A stretch of 64,000 nucleotides of DNA. It comes from a virus. Both the position numbers and the translations under genes were made by a program. Positions 37,378 to 47,071 of the stretch are shown here, piece after piece. Numbering within the stretch: the stretch's first letter is position 1; every line of letters begins with the position of its first letter. The stretch lies in IMG/VR virus record IMGVR_UViG_3300022661_000070; one strand, given 5' to 3'. The notes beneath the pieces were generated by a model, which did no database searches, was not told where the DNA came from, and worked only from the letters and a program-made list of their open reading frames with translations.

Positions 37378-37524
37378 TCTTTTCTTTAATATCATAATAC
37401 ACTGCCATACCAACACAGATTAGAAACATTACTAAGAATATTTCAGCTATAGCCATTACATTATCTATGAAAGTTAGCTGATATGTAGGTTTTAAAATCC
37501 ATCCAAATAGAAAATCTACCATAA
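37378..37524 (-). CDS. small membrane protein
   Basis: MVDFLFGWILKPTYQLTFIDNVMAIAEIFLVMFLICVGMAVYYDIKER. Confidence 0.5.
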
Positions 37525-37525
37525 A

Positions 37526-37738
37526 TTAATCCTCCTTATCTCTATGTTTGAATGTGTTCCATAGCAACATTATCATTGCTGGCCAATATATAGCAAATAA
37601 TACCTCTAAAACATCTTTATATTTCATGCGCTTTTTATTAGGTGTGTATAGAGAGATTACTCCTTTATTAAATAAATGTAGCACTACTAGTGAAACAGAA
37701 AAGTATGTGATTAGTGTTCTAGCTAGTTCTGTGCTCAT
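37526..37738 (-). CDS. small membrane protein
   Basis: Two hydrophobic segments. Confidence 0.55.
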   Translation of the reverse strand: MSTELARTLITYFSVSLVVLHLFNKGVISLYTPNKKRMKYKDVLEVLFAIYWPAMIMLLWNTFKHRDKED

Positions 37739-37739
37739 T

Positions 37740-38273
37740 CTATTTCACCTTCGTCCATTTAGTATATGCACTTACTTTAGAATAACTTATAAATTGTTTG
37801 CAAAGTTCAGGGTATTTTTTCTCAAACGTTTTTCTATCGAAGTTTCCTCTTTGAGTTTCTGCAACATAAGTTACACTATACATATAGTTCTTAACTTCTT
37901 TTAGACCAGCTTTTTCTAGAGAACTACACATTTCAGTTTTTAACTCTCCTTGTCTTTCTAAAATAGTAGCTCTTTCAGAGTTAAATTTCTCTAAAGCATC
38001 AAAAACTTCTTTATTCTCTGCTTTGAACTTTTCTATTAATACATCTAATTCTAAGTTTCTTTTTTCTAATTCAGAATATTCTCCTAAGACTGCAGAAGGT
38101 TCTCTTACTGTAGGTTCTTCAGGTTGGTTTTCTTCTTCTGATAATAAAGAAATATTAGATATATTAGAAAAAGCTTCCTGAGTCATTCTGGTGTTTTCAG
38201 AATTGTTTTCTGAAGTTATTTGAACTCCTTCTAATAATGATTTTAAATCATCAATTACATTGTTTTCTTTCAT
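37740..38273 (-). CDS. coiled-coil hypothetical protein
   Basis: 177 aa ORF. Confidence 0.6.
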   Translation of the reverse strand: MKENNVIDDLKSLLEGVQITSENNSENTRMTQEAFSNISNISLLSEEENQPEEPTVREPSAVLGEYSELEKRNLELDVLIEKFKAENKEVFDALEKFNSERATILERQGELKTEMCSSLEKAGLKEVKNYMYSVTYVAETQRGNFDRKTFEKKYPELCKQFISYSKVSAYTKWTKVK

Positions 38274-38309
38274 ACATTCTTTACCTCCTAATGCTATTAT
38301 GCATAAAAA

Positions 38310-38341
38310 TAGACTAGCTTGAATTTCTTCAGCTAGTCTTT
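38310..38341 (-). terminator. hairpin terminator
   Basis: AGACTAGCT...AGCTAGTCT followed by ATTTTTAT on minus strand. Confidence 0.75.
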
Positions 38342-38354
38342 ATATTACTCTAGA

Positions 38355-40487
38355 TTAAACTGCATCTTTTATAGCTACATATCTAGCATAATTGAATCCA
38401 GTTGGGTCTATTAGTAAAGTGTAAGGTGAGTTCTCTCCCATAACTTCTACTACATTGAAAGCATAATTTTTTCTATCTAAAGGTTTTACGTTTTCTAAGA
38501 AGTCGTGTGGTTGAGTTAAATCAGCTACTAAAGCATCGAAATCAGCTTGTGATAAGTTAACTTCTCCTACTTTAATATAGCTAGATTTTTGTTGAACTAC
38601 ACCATCTTTTTGCTGTTGTCTTATGTCTTCTACACCGGCTTTTTGTCTTCCAGGTCTGATTTTAACGAAGTATGCTGAGCCAGTTTCAGCTTCTGGTTCT
38701 GCAGTCTCTTCTTCGGTTCCTTCAATCCCTTCTGCTGGAGCTTCAACATCTTCTTCTACAACTTCAGTCTCTTCTTCTGCTGGTACTGGAGCTAAATCTT
38801 GATTAGTTACGTCTACAGCGATTTCTTCTTCAGCTGGCTCTTCTTCCTCTACTGGAACTGGTCCATATTGTTTTTCTATATAGTCTTTGATTATAGTTTC
38901 AGTATCATATGGAGTTTCTACTGAAGGTATTTTAGTTAAGTTTATTTTCTTATCATGTACATCTGCTGATTCTATAGAATATAAACACTCTTGAGTTTGA
39001 GGATTGTAAACTACTTCTATATTTCCAATATTAAATTGGTCATAAGCTTCATTTAAATCTACAACTTCTAGAATTTCATTACCAGGGATTTCAGTAGTAT
39101 CTTTTACCCATTGTTTTCCGAATAATATTTCTACTATTTCATCTCTATTAGTAAAGTCTAAAGAGTATTTATCTTTGTCTTTTACTTCTATTTCTATGTT
39201 AGCTGGCATTTCTGCTGCTAAAGCATACATTCTATTTTGAATAGACCCTTTCATTTCATCATCATTCTTTAAAGATTTAGCTAATTGAATAAACATTTCT
39301 ATATTAGCTTTTTCTTGTTTAAGTTCTGGTCTATCATTTACATAAGATTCTACAGTTTCTTTTTCAGTTTTAGCTTTTAAAGCTGCTAATTCAGCTTCTT
39401 TTTCTTTCTTAGCTTCTGATAAGAACTCTGTTTCTATCCATTCTCTTAAAGCATCCATTGGTTTAAGTGTTCTCTTAGAATATCTAGTAGTTCCATTTAA
39501 AGAATTTACTTTGAATGTGTAGTATTCTCCATCATTTTCTAGAACTAAATTCTTTCCAATAGCTGCATCATAGATATGTTTAGATTCAAACTCTTTTAAT
39601 ATTTGTGGAGTTGTAATATCTACTAAAGCAAAGCTTCCATTTTCTAATAAATTAGATGAGTGAATATTTATTTTAATAGAGTTTTCTCCATATGCTTCTT
39701 TTAAAGATTCATTAATGAAAGTTAACATTGCATCTATATCTGGAGCTTGAACATCTCCATCACCACAATTTTCTATTTCTGTAACATCAGTTATTACATA
39801 GTCTAACTCAGGTTCTGTTTGTGTGATTTCTATAGTCTCTTCCTCTTCTAGTTTTTCTTCTTTGCACTCTTCTTTTTCTTCTATTTTATCTTTCACTATT
39901 AGAGCTTTAACTAATCTTCTATATTCTTCATCAGCTGCTGGTAAGAACCAGTCATTTACTGCATCCATTCCACCTTCTTGATAAAGTGTATTAACTGTAT
40001 CAGCTAAATCCCAAACATCATCCATAGAATCGAATTCATCTCTGTATTTATTGAAGATTATTTTCTTTATATCTTCTCCTTCAGTTAGAGTTTCATCATC
40101 TAGTTTATCTTCTAGTTTTTGAATTTCTTCAGCTTTGTCAGATTTTAAATCTTCTATTTTAGTATTTTTAATCTCATCTTCTAATTTTTCTATTTTGTCT
40201 TCTATTTTAGCTTTTTCTGATTCTTTAATATATAAATAGTTTCCATCATCTGAAGTATCATCAGTTACATTTTCTATACATCCTCTGTATTCAGAGTTAT
40301 CTAAGAATTCAACTGCTTCATCATAATCTTGGAAATATCTATATTCTATAGTCTCGTCATCTTCACCCCATAAAGAAACAACAAATTTAGCTTCTTCATT
40401 AAGTTTCTTAGATTCCTTTAGTTGTTTAGAATATTCTTCTTCAAAGCTTTCGTTTAGATTTTTAAATATATCTACACTAGTCTTCAT
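38355..40487 (-). CDS. large acidic protein, possibly virion-internal
   Basis: 710 aa, Glu-rich. Confidence 0.65.
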   Translation of the reverse strand: MKTSVDIFKNLNESFEEEYSKQLKESKKLNEEAKFVVSLWGEDDETIEYRYFQDYDEAVEFLDNSEYRGCIENVTDDTSDDGNYLYIKESEKAKIEDKIEKLEDEIKNTKIEDLKSDKAEEIQKLEDKLDDETLTEGEDIKKIIFNKYRDEFDSMDDVWDLADTVNTLYQEGGMDAVNDWFLPAADEEYRRLVKALIVKDKIEEKEECKEEKLEEEETIEITQTEPELDYVITDVTEIENCGDGDVQAPDIDAMLTFINESLKEAYGENSIKINIHSSNLLENGSFALVDITTPQILKEFESKHIYDAAIGKNLVLENDGEYYTFKVNSLNGTTRYSKRTLKPMDALREWIETEFLSEAKKEKEAELAALKAKTEKETVESYVNDRPELKQEKANIEMFIQLAKSLKNDDEMKGSIQNRMYALAAEMPANIEIEVKDKDKYSLDFTNRDEIVEILFGKQWVKDTTEIPGNEILEVVDLNEAYDQFNIGNIEVVYNPQTQECLYSIESADVHDKKINLTKIPSVETPYDTETIIKDYIEKQYGPVPVEEEEPAEEEIAVDVTNQDLAPVPAEEETEVVEEDVEAPAEGIEGTEEETAEPEAETGSAYFVKIRPGRQKAGVEDIRQQQKDGVVQQKSSYIKVGEVNLSQADFDALVADLTQPHDFLENVKPLDRKNYAFNVVEVMGENSPYTLLIDPTGFNYARYVAIKDAV

Positions 40488-41214
40488 CTTCTAAATCCTC
40501 CTCTCCAACATTTTCTATATCATTAACTTCTATTCCAGGTTCTACTTCTTCTGGTTCTTCTATAACTTCACCATCTAATTCTACAGTTTCATCTTCTGGT
40601 TCTTCTTCTCTTTCTTTAGCTGCTCTTGGATTTTGTTCTATAAGAAGATTCATTAGATATTCCATTATAGCTTCATGGTCTGGAGTTAAGTCTTCACCAT
40701 ATCTTGGGAACATATCTTTAATTTGTTCAAATTGAGTTGGAAGTTTAACATAATCGAATCTAGTTTCTATTTCTTTGTTGTCATCTAATTCTAGAGGTTT
40801 TTCTATTTCCTCTTCTCCTTCTTCAATATCAACATTTACTTCTTCAGCTGGTTGAGTATCTACTAGCATTTCTACAGTGTTAGAATCTTTATCTAATCTT
40901 CCTATAATATAGAACTCTTCTTTATCGTTCATTATTTTATAAAGTCTTAAGTCTAAGTCTATTACTACGTCTCTAATTTCATCTAATTGAGTATCTAATT
41001 GAGATTCTTCTTCTACTGCATTTTCATCTTGGTCTTCTTCAGAATCTACAGTATCTTCTAAATCTTCTTTAGTCTCTTCTGCATCTATTTGGTCTTCTAT
41101 AACTTCTTCTGCCTCTTCATCAGATTCAACATTATCTAATTCATCTTCTTCAGCTTCAGTTAACTTTTTCTCTTCTAATTCTTCAGACTCTTTAAGTTTT
41201 AAAACTCTGTACAT
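40477..41214 (-). CDS. highly acidic protein
   Basis: 245 aa, Glu/Asp-rich. Confidence 0.65.
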   Translation of the reverse strand: MYRVLKLKESEELEEKKLTEAEEDELDNVESDEEAEEVIEDQIDAEETKEDLEDTVDSEEDQDENAVEEESQLDTQLDEIRDVVIDLDLRLYKIMNDKEEFYIIGRLDKDSNTVEMLVDTQPAEEVNVDIEEGEEEIEKPLELDDNKEIETRFDYVKLPTQFEQIKDMFPRYGEDLTPDHEAIMEYLMNLLIEQNPRAAKEREEEPEDETVELDGEVIEEPEEVEPGIEVNDIENVGEEDLEDED

Positions 41215-41227
41215 TTATTTACCTCCT

Positions 41228-41611
41228 TTATGGTCTTATATAAATATTGAAGGCTCTTTCAAAATATCTTAATAATCTATCCATTTTATCTTTTTCAGTA
41301 TAAAGTGGTTTAGATATTTCTTCTACTATTGAAACAGCTTCTTTAATTTGTATCTTAGTATTTCTTTCTACTGTAGTATTATCTGATAATCTTTTTATAG
41401 ATACTTTCATTAAAGATTGAAAGTGCTCAGATTTTACTATTAAATCAGATAGCTTTGTATTATAGATTAGCACTGTATTATATCTAGTTCTTACTAATTC
41501 CATATCATAAGCGTCTGGTCCTTCTAGTAGATGAAACTCTGGAATCTTGTTAAAAAATTCATTAATCTCATCTACTAGCTTTTGTGTAGTTACTGATAAA
41601 TTATCTCCCAT
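41228..41611 (-). CDS. hypothetical protein
   Basis: 127 aa ORF. Confidence 0.6.
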   Translation of the reverse strand: MGDNLSVTTQKLVDEINEFFNKIPEFHLLEGPDAYDMELVRTRYNTVLIYNTKLSDLIVKSEHFQSLMKVSIKRLSDNTTVERNTKIQIKEAVSIVEEISKPLYTEKDKMDRLLRYFERAFNIYIRP

Positions 41612-41650
41612 AATAACCTCCTACGAATTTGTGCTATATATTATTATGTT

Positions 41651-43273
41651 CTAAGCTTCTTCTCCTCCAGTAATTTCACATCTTCCTAAGTAGTCTTTAT
41701 CTGCATCTTCTTTATTGTCATATATTTCAGCATTTTCTATTAAGCCTTCAGATTCAACATAATTTTCACCAACTATGAATTTATTAGTTTCATCTTCTAG
41801 CATGTAGATGTTTCCTTGAGATTTAACTTCTTTTAATCCTTTAACTTCTGCTTCAGCTATTGGTTCTATATCTTTAGCTTCTTCAGATTCAGATACTAAA
41901 CCTTTTTCTATAGAATCTTCTCTAGCTTGAGCTATTTGTTCTTCAGTTCCATCAATAGCTTCTTCTACTAGTTCTACTCTATTTTCTGGTTCTCTACCAG
42001 CATTTATTATATCAGGGTCTGCTCCAGGTCCAAATTCTTTATTCCATTCTTCTCTAGTTAGTTTTCTTGGAGCTGGTTCTTCTTCAGCTTCTTGCATTAG
42101 AGGTTCTGTTTTTAGTTTATTTTGAACCATGTCTATTTGATTTTCACATGTTTCCATAAATCCAGTTAACATTTCTTTTGCTAAGTGAGTAGCTAAAGCT
42201 TCTGCATCTATTGCAAGTAATCCTCTTTTTATATTCATTACATCATTGATAAAATCTTCTGGGTCTCCACCGTATCTTTCTGAATAAGCTTCTTCTAATC
42301 TAGTTACTTTTTTAACTTCTCTTATATGAGTTAAAAAGTCAGCTAATTCTTTTTCTCCATAGCAAAGAGTATAAACTTCTCCTAAAGGTTGTCCAGCATC
42401 ATCAGCAACTATAAATTCCCAAACTTCTCTATTTTCAGCTGCTTCTTTAGCTGCTGCCAAAGCTTCTTCACTACCACCATTTTCTGGTTTATAGCCTTCA
42501 TCATATTCTTCTGGGTCTTCATATGCTTCTGCATAGTGTCCCATTAAAGCTTGTCCGCCTTCATCTCTGAAGAAAACTTCATCTCCAGCTTTTAGTTTAG
42601 CTATTGCATCAGTTTCAGCTTCTTCTAATTTTTCTGATTCAGTTAATACTTGGTCTTCTGGAATTTCATCTAAGTTTAATAATTCTGCTAATTGAATTAC
42701 TCCACCTTCAATCCATCCTTTATGAGCTACTTTTGCTCTTAAAGATAATCCAGTATCATCTTCTCCATCAAACCAAACTTCTATGTCACCGTGTTTTGGA
42801 GTAGCAACTATTGCAAATGGTCCTTGATATTTATCAAATCCTTTTACTATCTTACATTCGCCATTTACTTCTTTAGCTAATTCTTCAGCTTTTCCTCTTA
42901 AATCTTCTTTCCAAGCTGCCATTTCTTCGTCATTGTCATCCCATTCACCTGTTTCATTAAGTTGTTCTTCATTCATTATCTTATCATCAACTTCATCTTC
43001 AGCTAATTGATTTTCTAATTCAGCTATCTCATTTTGAAGAGCTGCTTTTTCATCATCAGCTAATTGGTCTCCATCAACTTCTAATTGAGTTTTAAGACTA
43101 GCTAATCTTTCTTCAATAGCTTCTTTATCTTCTGAAGTTTCTATTTCTTCTGTCAATTCTTCTTTACAATTTTCGTTAAGATAAGTATTTTCTGTGTAAG
43201 ATGTCTTTTTAATTTCTATTTCTTCAGCTTCATTTAGACTATTCATTAAATTATAACTTAGTTTGTTAAGCAT
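41651..43273 (-). CDS. large acidic protein
   Basis: 540 aa; N-term MLNKLSYNLMNSLNEAEEIEI leader-like. Confidence 0.65.
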   Translation of the reverse strand: MLNKLSYNLMNSLNEAEEIEIKKTSYTENTYLNENCKEELTEEIETSEDKEAIEERLASLKTQLEVDGDQLADDEKAALQNEIAELENQLAEDEVDDKIMNEEQLNETGEWDDNDEEMAAWKEDLRGKAEELAKEVNGECKIVKGFDKYQGPFAIVATPKHGDIEVWFDGEDDTGLSLRAKVAHKGWIEGGVIQLAELLNLDEIPEDQVLTESEKLEEAETDAIAKLKAGDEVFFRDEGGQALMGHYAEAYEDPEEYDEGYKPENGGSEEALAAAKEAAENREVWEFIVADDAGQPLGEVYTLCYGEKELADFLTHIREVKKVTRLEEAYSERYGGDPEDFINDVMNIKRGLLAIDAEALATHLAKEMLTGFMETCENQIDMVQNKLKTEPLMQEAEEEPAPRKLTREEWNKEFGPGADPDIINAGREPENRVELVEEAIDGTEEQIAQAREDSIEKGLVSESEEAKDIEPIAEAEVKGLKEVKSQGNIYMLEDETNKFIVGENYVESEGLIENAEIYDNKEDADKDYLGRCEITGGEEA

Positions 43274-43288
43274 TTTCTTACCTCCTAT

Positions 43289-43567
43289 TTATATTTTCTC
43301 TATAATTATATTTATAGCAGTCTTTTCTTCACCTTGTATTACTACTTCATCAAAGTACGGTCTGCAAATTAAATCAAATCCTATAGAAGCACTCATGCCT
43401 CTAGCAGTTGCTATTGCTTTCATAGCTTGATTCATTGCAGCTGCTCCTATACATTTCAATTCAAGTTGCTCTAAATTTTTCATATTAGTAAATATTGCAG
43501 ATGCTAAGTTGTTTACTTCTGTGTTTTTACTAACTCTAAATTCTGGTCCTCTACTAATATTCTTCAT
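43289..43567 (-). CDS. hypothetical protein (Alba/SpoVS-like pattern)
   Basis: LASAIFTNMKNLEQLELKCIGAAAMNQAMKAIATAR; resembles SpoVS-type folds. Confidence 0.6.
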   Translation of the reverse strand: MKNISRGPEFRVSKNTEVNNLASAIFTNMKNLEQLELKCIGAAAMNQAMKAIATARGMSASIGFDLICRPYFDEVVIQGEEKTAINIIIEKI

Positions 43568-43648
43568 TAAAAATCCTCCTAACTTTGCGATTATTTTAGC
43601 TCCTATAGTAATAGATAAAATTAAAGCAATTTAGTCAGAAGGATTTTT

Positions 43649-44342
43649 CTATCTTCTTTTATTTATATCATATATTAAATTAAATATTTTTAAATCGTTG
43701 TTTTCTATATTTGAGTCTATATAATTGTTTATAGCTTTAGGTATCTGAGATTTCTTAGAAGCTGAAAATTCTTTCACTCTTTTAAAGTACCAACTAGATA
43801 ATTTAGCTCCGAGGGTTTACAACCTTCCCTAAGAATGTTAACAGACACGTTTCAATATATTCTGAATTTACTTCATTAAGTAATCCTAAATAGGTTCTGG
43901 TGATTTCTAAGGTATTAGTTTTAAATGAATCTAATAGTCTTACAAACTTACCCATTCCATCATACTCTTTAATCATCCACTTTCCTGTCACCCAATATAG
44001 TTTAATTAGTTCTAAGAACTCAGTATCATCAAATTCTTCAAATAGAGCTTTATTCGAATTACCTTTATCTACTAAATACTTAGGTGGATTTTTTCCATAT
44101 TTAGAAAAAGCTGCTGTAAGTAAAGTAAGTCTATCTGTTAAATCTATCTCAGCTAATTTATTTACAACTATAAAAGGAACACCAAGTTCCTTTATTTGAT
44201 TAAGATATTTAGTTTCTCCAGTAAAGATTATAGGTCTATCAGTAAATAAAACTGGTTTGTCTATTACAATATAATCAGGAAACATAAACTGAAGTAGACC
44301 TATGTCATTTACTCTTACACTATGATTTATTATTTCTAACAT
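43649..44342 (-). CDS. hypothetical protein with 53-codon C-terminal extension through +1 shift at CGG 43811..43809
   Basis: ORF 43803..44342 ends ...FLGKVVNP-CGG-AGC-TAA; the +1 frame continues GAKLSSWYFKRVKEFSASKKSQIPKAINNYIDSNIENNDLKIFNLIYDINKRR*, filling an otherwise empty gap. Confidence 0.65.
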
Positions 44343-44351
44343 AGCTTCTCC

Positions 44352-44693
44352 TTAATAGCAATCGCAAACATCTACATCAAAACATCCAGCATAGAACATT
44401 TTTTCCCAGTTTTGAGCTAGTCTAATTTCTCTTCCATAAGAGTGCTCTGCTTTCACATCTCCTAAAAGTTGGCTAAATAGAATTTCTCTATCTCCTCTTA
44501 CTACTTTAATGTCCCATCCATCTTCGTTTTTATCATAGAAGAATGAGCTGATTGCATGAGTTTGTGTAGTATACACATGTGTCTCTTCTGATTGAATTGC
44601 CTTCAAAAAGTCCACTATTGTATACTTTACAAAAGGTTTTACTTCTTCTGGAATATCTTCTAAATCTAAATAAACAGTGATTAGTTTATTCAT
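44352..44693 (-). CDS. hypothetical protein
   Basis: 113 aa ORF. Confidence 0.55.
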   Translation of the reverse strand: MNKLITVYLDLEDIPEEVKPFVKYTIVDFLKAIQSEETHVYTTQTHAISSFFYDKNEDGWDIKVVRGDREILFSQLLGDVKAEHSYGREIRLAQNWEKMFYAGCFDVDVCDCY

Positions 44694-44694
44694 C

Positions 44695-45174
44695 TTACAC
44701 CTCTTTACTGAATAAGATTCCTTCAGCTTTAGCTAATGCTTCTTTATATTCTGCAGAAGATTTAGGACTCATTTCAATATTCCAAATTAGTTTATTACAT
44801 TCTTTTCTTAGATTAGTTTTTTCTTCTTCTATAGCTTTCATTTCTTCATTTACATCTTTAAAGACATTGCTTCTATAGTAATAAGGTGTTCTAATAGCTG
44901 AGTCGTCTTGTACTCTTTTCCAAGCACTATCTATATAGCTATCTAAGAAATCTGTTTCTGGGTCAAATGATTTTATATAAGTCATAAATTTCTCATAAGC
45001 TTCTTTGAACTCTTTATACTCTTTACTTGCTCTAAGTTCTTTTACTTTTTCTTCAGCTATCTCCTTCCCTATCTTTTCGTATTTGTCACTAAGTTTACTT
45101 ATTTTATCTTTGTAAACGTCCCTAATTAAATCTTTATTAGCAGCTGATATTCTATTGCTTGCCATATAAATCAC
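44695..45174 (-). CDS. coiled-coil hypothetical protein
   Basis: 159 aa ORF. Confidence 0.6.
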   Translation of the reverse strand: MIYMASNRISAANKDLIRDVYKDKISKLSDKYEKIGKEIAEEKVKELRASKEYKEFKEAYEKFMTYIKSFDPETDFLDSYIDSAWKRVQDDSAIRTPYYYRSNVFKDVNEEMKAIEEEKTNLRKECNKLIWNIEMSPKSSAEYKEALAKAEGILFSKEV

Positions 45175-45180
45175 TCCCTT

Positions 45181-45750
45181 CTAATTACTAGTATGTTCTA
45201 AACCTGCGAATATTTGAATTATTTTATCTTTGTTTTTCATCTTCTTAATTCTATCATTTAGAACTAACAATTGTGGACAGTTGTCTGCAAGATATTTATT
45301 CACTTCTTCTTGAGACCAGTCCTTATCTTTTAAGTCTGCTGAAGCTTGACTTATGGAAACTAACTCAATTGAGTCATTTGTTTCTGGAATTTTTAAAATG
45401 TATTTAGTTCTTGACATTAGAGCATCAGATAAATTATCTTTAGATGCTAACATCACTAAGGGAAACTTAGATTCCTCTATCAATTTTAATAATGAGCTGT
45501 CTCTATAAAGATTAGACACATCTTCTATTACTATAGGGAAATCTAATTCCACTTCAGAGAACTCAGAAATAAATTCTCTGACATCTTCTAGTGAAGTTAA
45601 ATTGTAAATATTACCTTTGTACATTTTCTTAAACAAAGGAACTCCTTTACCTATTATAAGTAGCGGAGTTTTATTCTTAATACTCTTTAGATTTTCATAC
45701 ATATACTCTAAATCAGTCATCATCTTCCTCCATAGAATTTTTAACTGCAA
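45181..45750 (-). CDS. hypothetical; possible clamp-loader delta-prime-like small subunit
   Basis: PIVIEDVSNLYRDSSLLKLIEESKFPLVMLASKDNLSDALMSRTKYILKIPE resembles a degenerate AAA+ clamp-loader core. Confidence 0.35.
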   Translation of the reverse strand: MQLKILWRKMMTDLEYMYENLKSIKNKTPLLIIGKGVPLFKKMYKGNIYNLTSLEDVREFISEFSEVELDFPIVIEDVSNLYRDSSLLKLIEESKFPLVMLASKDNLSDALMSRTKYILKIPETNDSIELVSISQASADLKDKDWSQEEVNKYLADNCPQLLVLNDRIKKMKNKDKIIQIFAGLEHTSN

Positions 45751-45979
45751 CTGTAAATGTTTCAGTATTTCCAGTAGTTGTAGTAGTCCATATAGTCTCT
45801 GGCCCTTGTCCTCTACATGGGCATTCTGGTGTCCAAGGACTTAATATTCTCTTACAAACTGGACATTGCCAACCTTGTTGAGCTCCAACTTGCATAAAGT
45901 TTTCTGTAGTCATTTTCATCACTCCTTTAAAGATATTATGCAAAATAAAAAGGACCTCTTCGGTCCTTTGTACTCGCAC
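45713..45979 (-). CDS. zinc-ribbon protein
   Basis: WQCPVCKRILSPWTPECPCRG; real start likely the internal ATG near 45920. Confidence 0.55.
   Translation of the reverse strand: MRVQRTEEVLFILHNIFKGVMKMTTENFMQVGAQQGWQCPVCKRILSPWTPECPCRGQGPETIWTTTTTGNTETFTVAVKNSMEEDDD
45949..45969 (-). terminator. hairpin terminator
   Basis: AAAGGACC-GAAGA-GGTCCTTTTTATTTT on minus strand. Confidence 0.8.
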
Positions 45980-46029
45980 TGTGAAGTGGGAGCATCATGT
46001 ATGTAGAGAGCTAAGCTCTTTCTACCTAT

Positions 46030-46581
46030 TTATTGTAATCTTTCAGCTAAGTCTTCTAATATTTTAGCATCATTATTTAATTCATATACCGCATTTAGTG
46101 CAATCTCTCTTTTCATTTCTTCAGGTAAGTTATGCCATTCATCATATATGAATTGATATAGACCACCAGATTTTTCTACTCCAGCTTTTATACCATCAGC
46201 TGTTTCATAACTATCTTCTCCAAGAACTTGTCTAGGTTCTTCTATTATTTTTATATCTGGTTCATATTTTCTAGCAAATTCAACTATATCTTCTGGAGGA
46301 TTAAATAATCCATCTTCATTTGCTACTACACTATGTAATATCTTTTTAAATAAGTCTTCCATTTCATCATAACTATCAGAAGCTATAAATTCATAATCCT
46401 CTTCTGAGGCTTCGTCTGGAACTCCAAGAGATAACCAAGTATCTTCTAAATATTCTTCATCATTTAATCTTCTTACAACTCTGTCCATCATTTTAAGGTT
46501 TGCTATTTTAGTGTTATTATCATTTTCAGTTTGATTTAAATTTTCTTGAAAACTTTCAAATAATGCTCTTGTATTACTCAT
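46030..46581 (-). CDS. hypothetical, shares N-terminal leader MSNTRALFES
   Basis: 183 aa. Confidence 0.65.
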   Translation of the reverse strand: MSNTRALFESFQENLNQTENDNNTKIANLKMMDRVVRRLNDEEYLEDTWLSLGVPDEASEEDYEFIASDSYDEMEDLFKKILHSVVANEDGLFNPPEDIVEFARKYEPDIKIIEEPRQVLGEDSYETADGIKAGVEKSGGLYQFIYDEWHNLPEEMKREIALNAVYELNNDAKILEDLAERLQ

Positions 46582-46594
46582 CTTTATCTTCCTC

Positions 46595-47071
46595 CTAAAA
46601 TTTTATTTTGTCTACATCTAATCTAATTCGTATCCATAAATAACCTTGAGCAAATATAATCGGATTAGAATCATTTTCATTTACCACTATACCGTCTACT
46701 CCTGCTCTTAAGTCATTTACTAAAGAGTTTACTTTATCTATAAACTCATTTCTAATTTCTTCAGGAATAGTTTTATAAGCTGTTTTGTTAGCTATTTCAT
46801 TATATTCTTCACTAATTCTTACTCTATATACCATGTATGGGCATCTTGGAGTAAAGTGATTTTGGTATACTGGGTGGTATTTTAAAGTAGCCATAGTAAA
46901 TCCTTCTGTGATATCATATTTTTCAGCTATATTGCTTATATCATCAAGCTTACTTCTAAGAATGCTAACATACTCATTCCACATTTTTCTACTATCGAGT
47001 ATTTGTTCGATAGAATAATTTTCTTTTAAGTTAGTTTGAATAGACTCAAATAGTGCTCTTGTATTACTCAT
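46595..47071 (-). CDS. hypothetical, shares N-terminal leader MSNTRALFES
   Basis: 158 aa. Confidence 0.65.
   Translation of the reverse strand: MSNTRALFESIQTNLKENYSIEQILDSRKMWNEYVSILRSKLDDISNIAEKYDITEGFTMATLKYHPVYQNHFTPRCPYMVYRVRISEEYNEIANKTAYKTIPEEIRNEFIDKVNSLVNDLRAGVDGIVVNENDSNPIIFAQGYLWIRIRLDVDKIKF

Noticed and set aside
4098-43811. Systematic sequencing artefact at CGG or CGGA
   Set aside because: Many out-of-frame CGGA/CGGT sites show no frame disruption, so an error tied to the motif alone does not explain the pattern; raw-read inspection is still required
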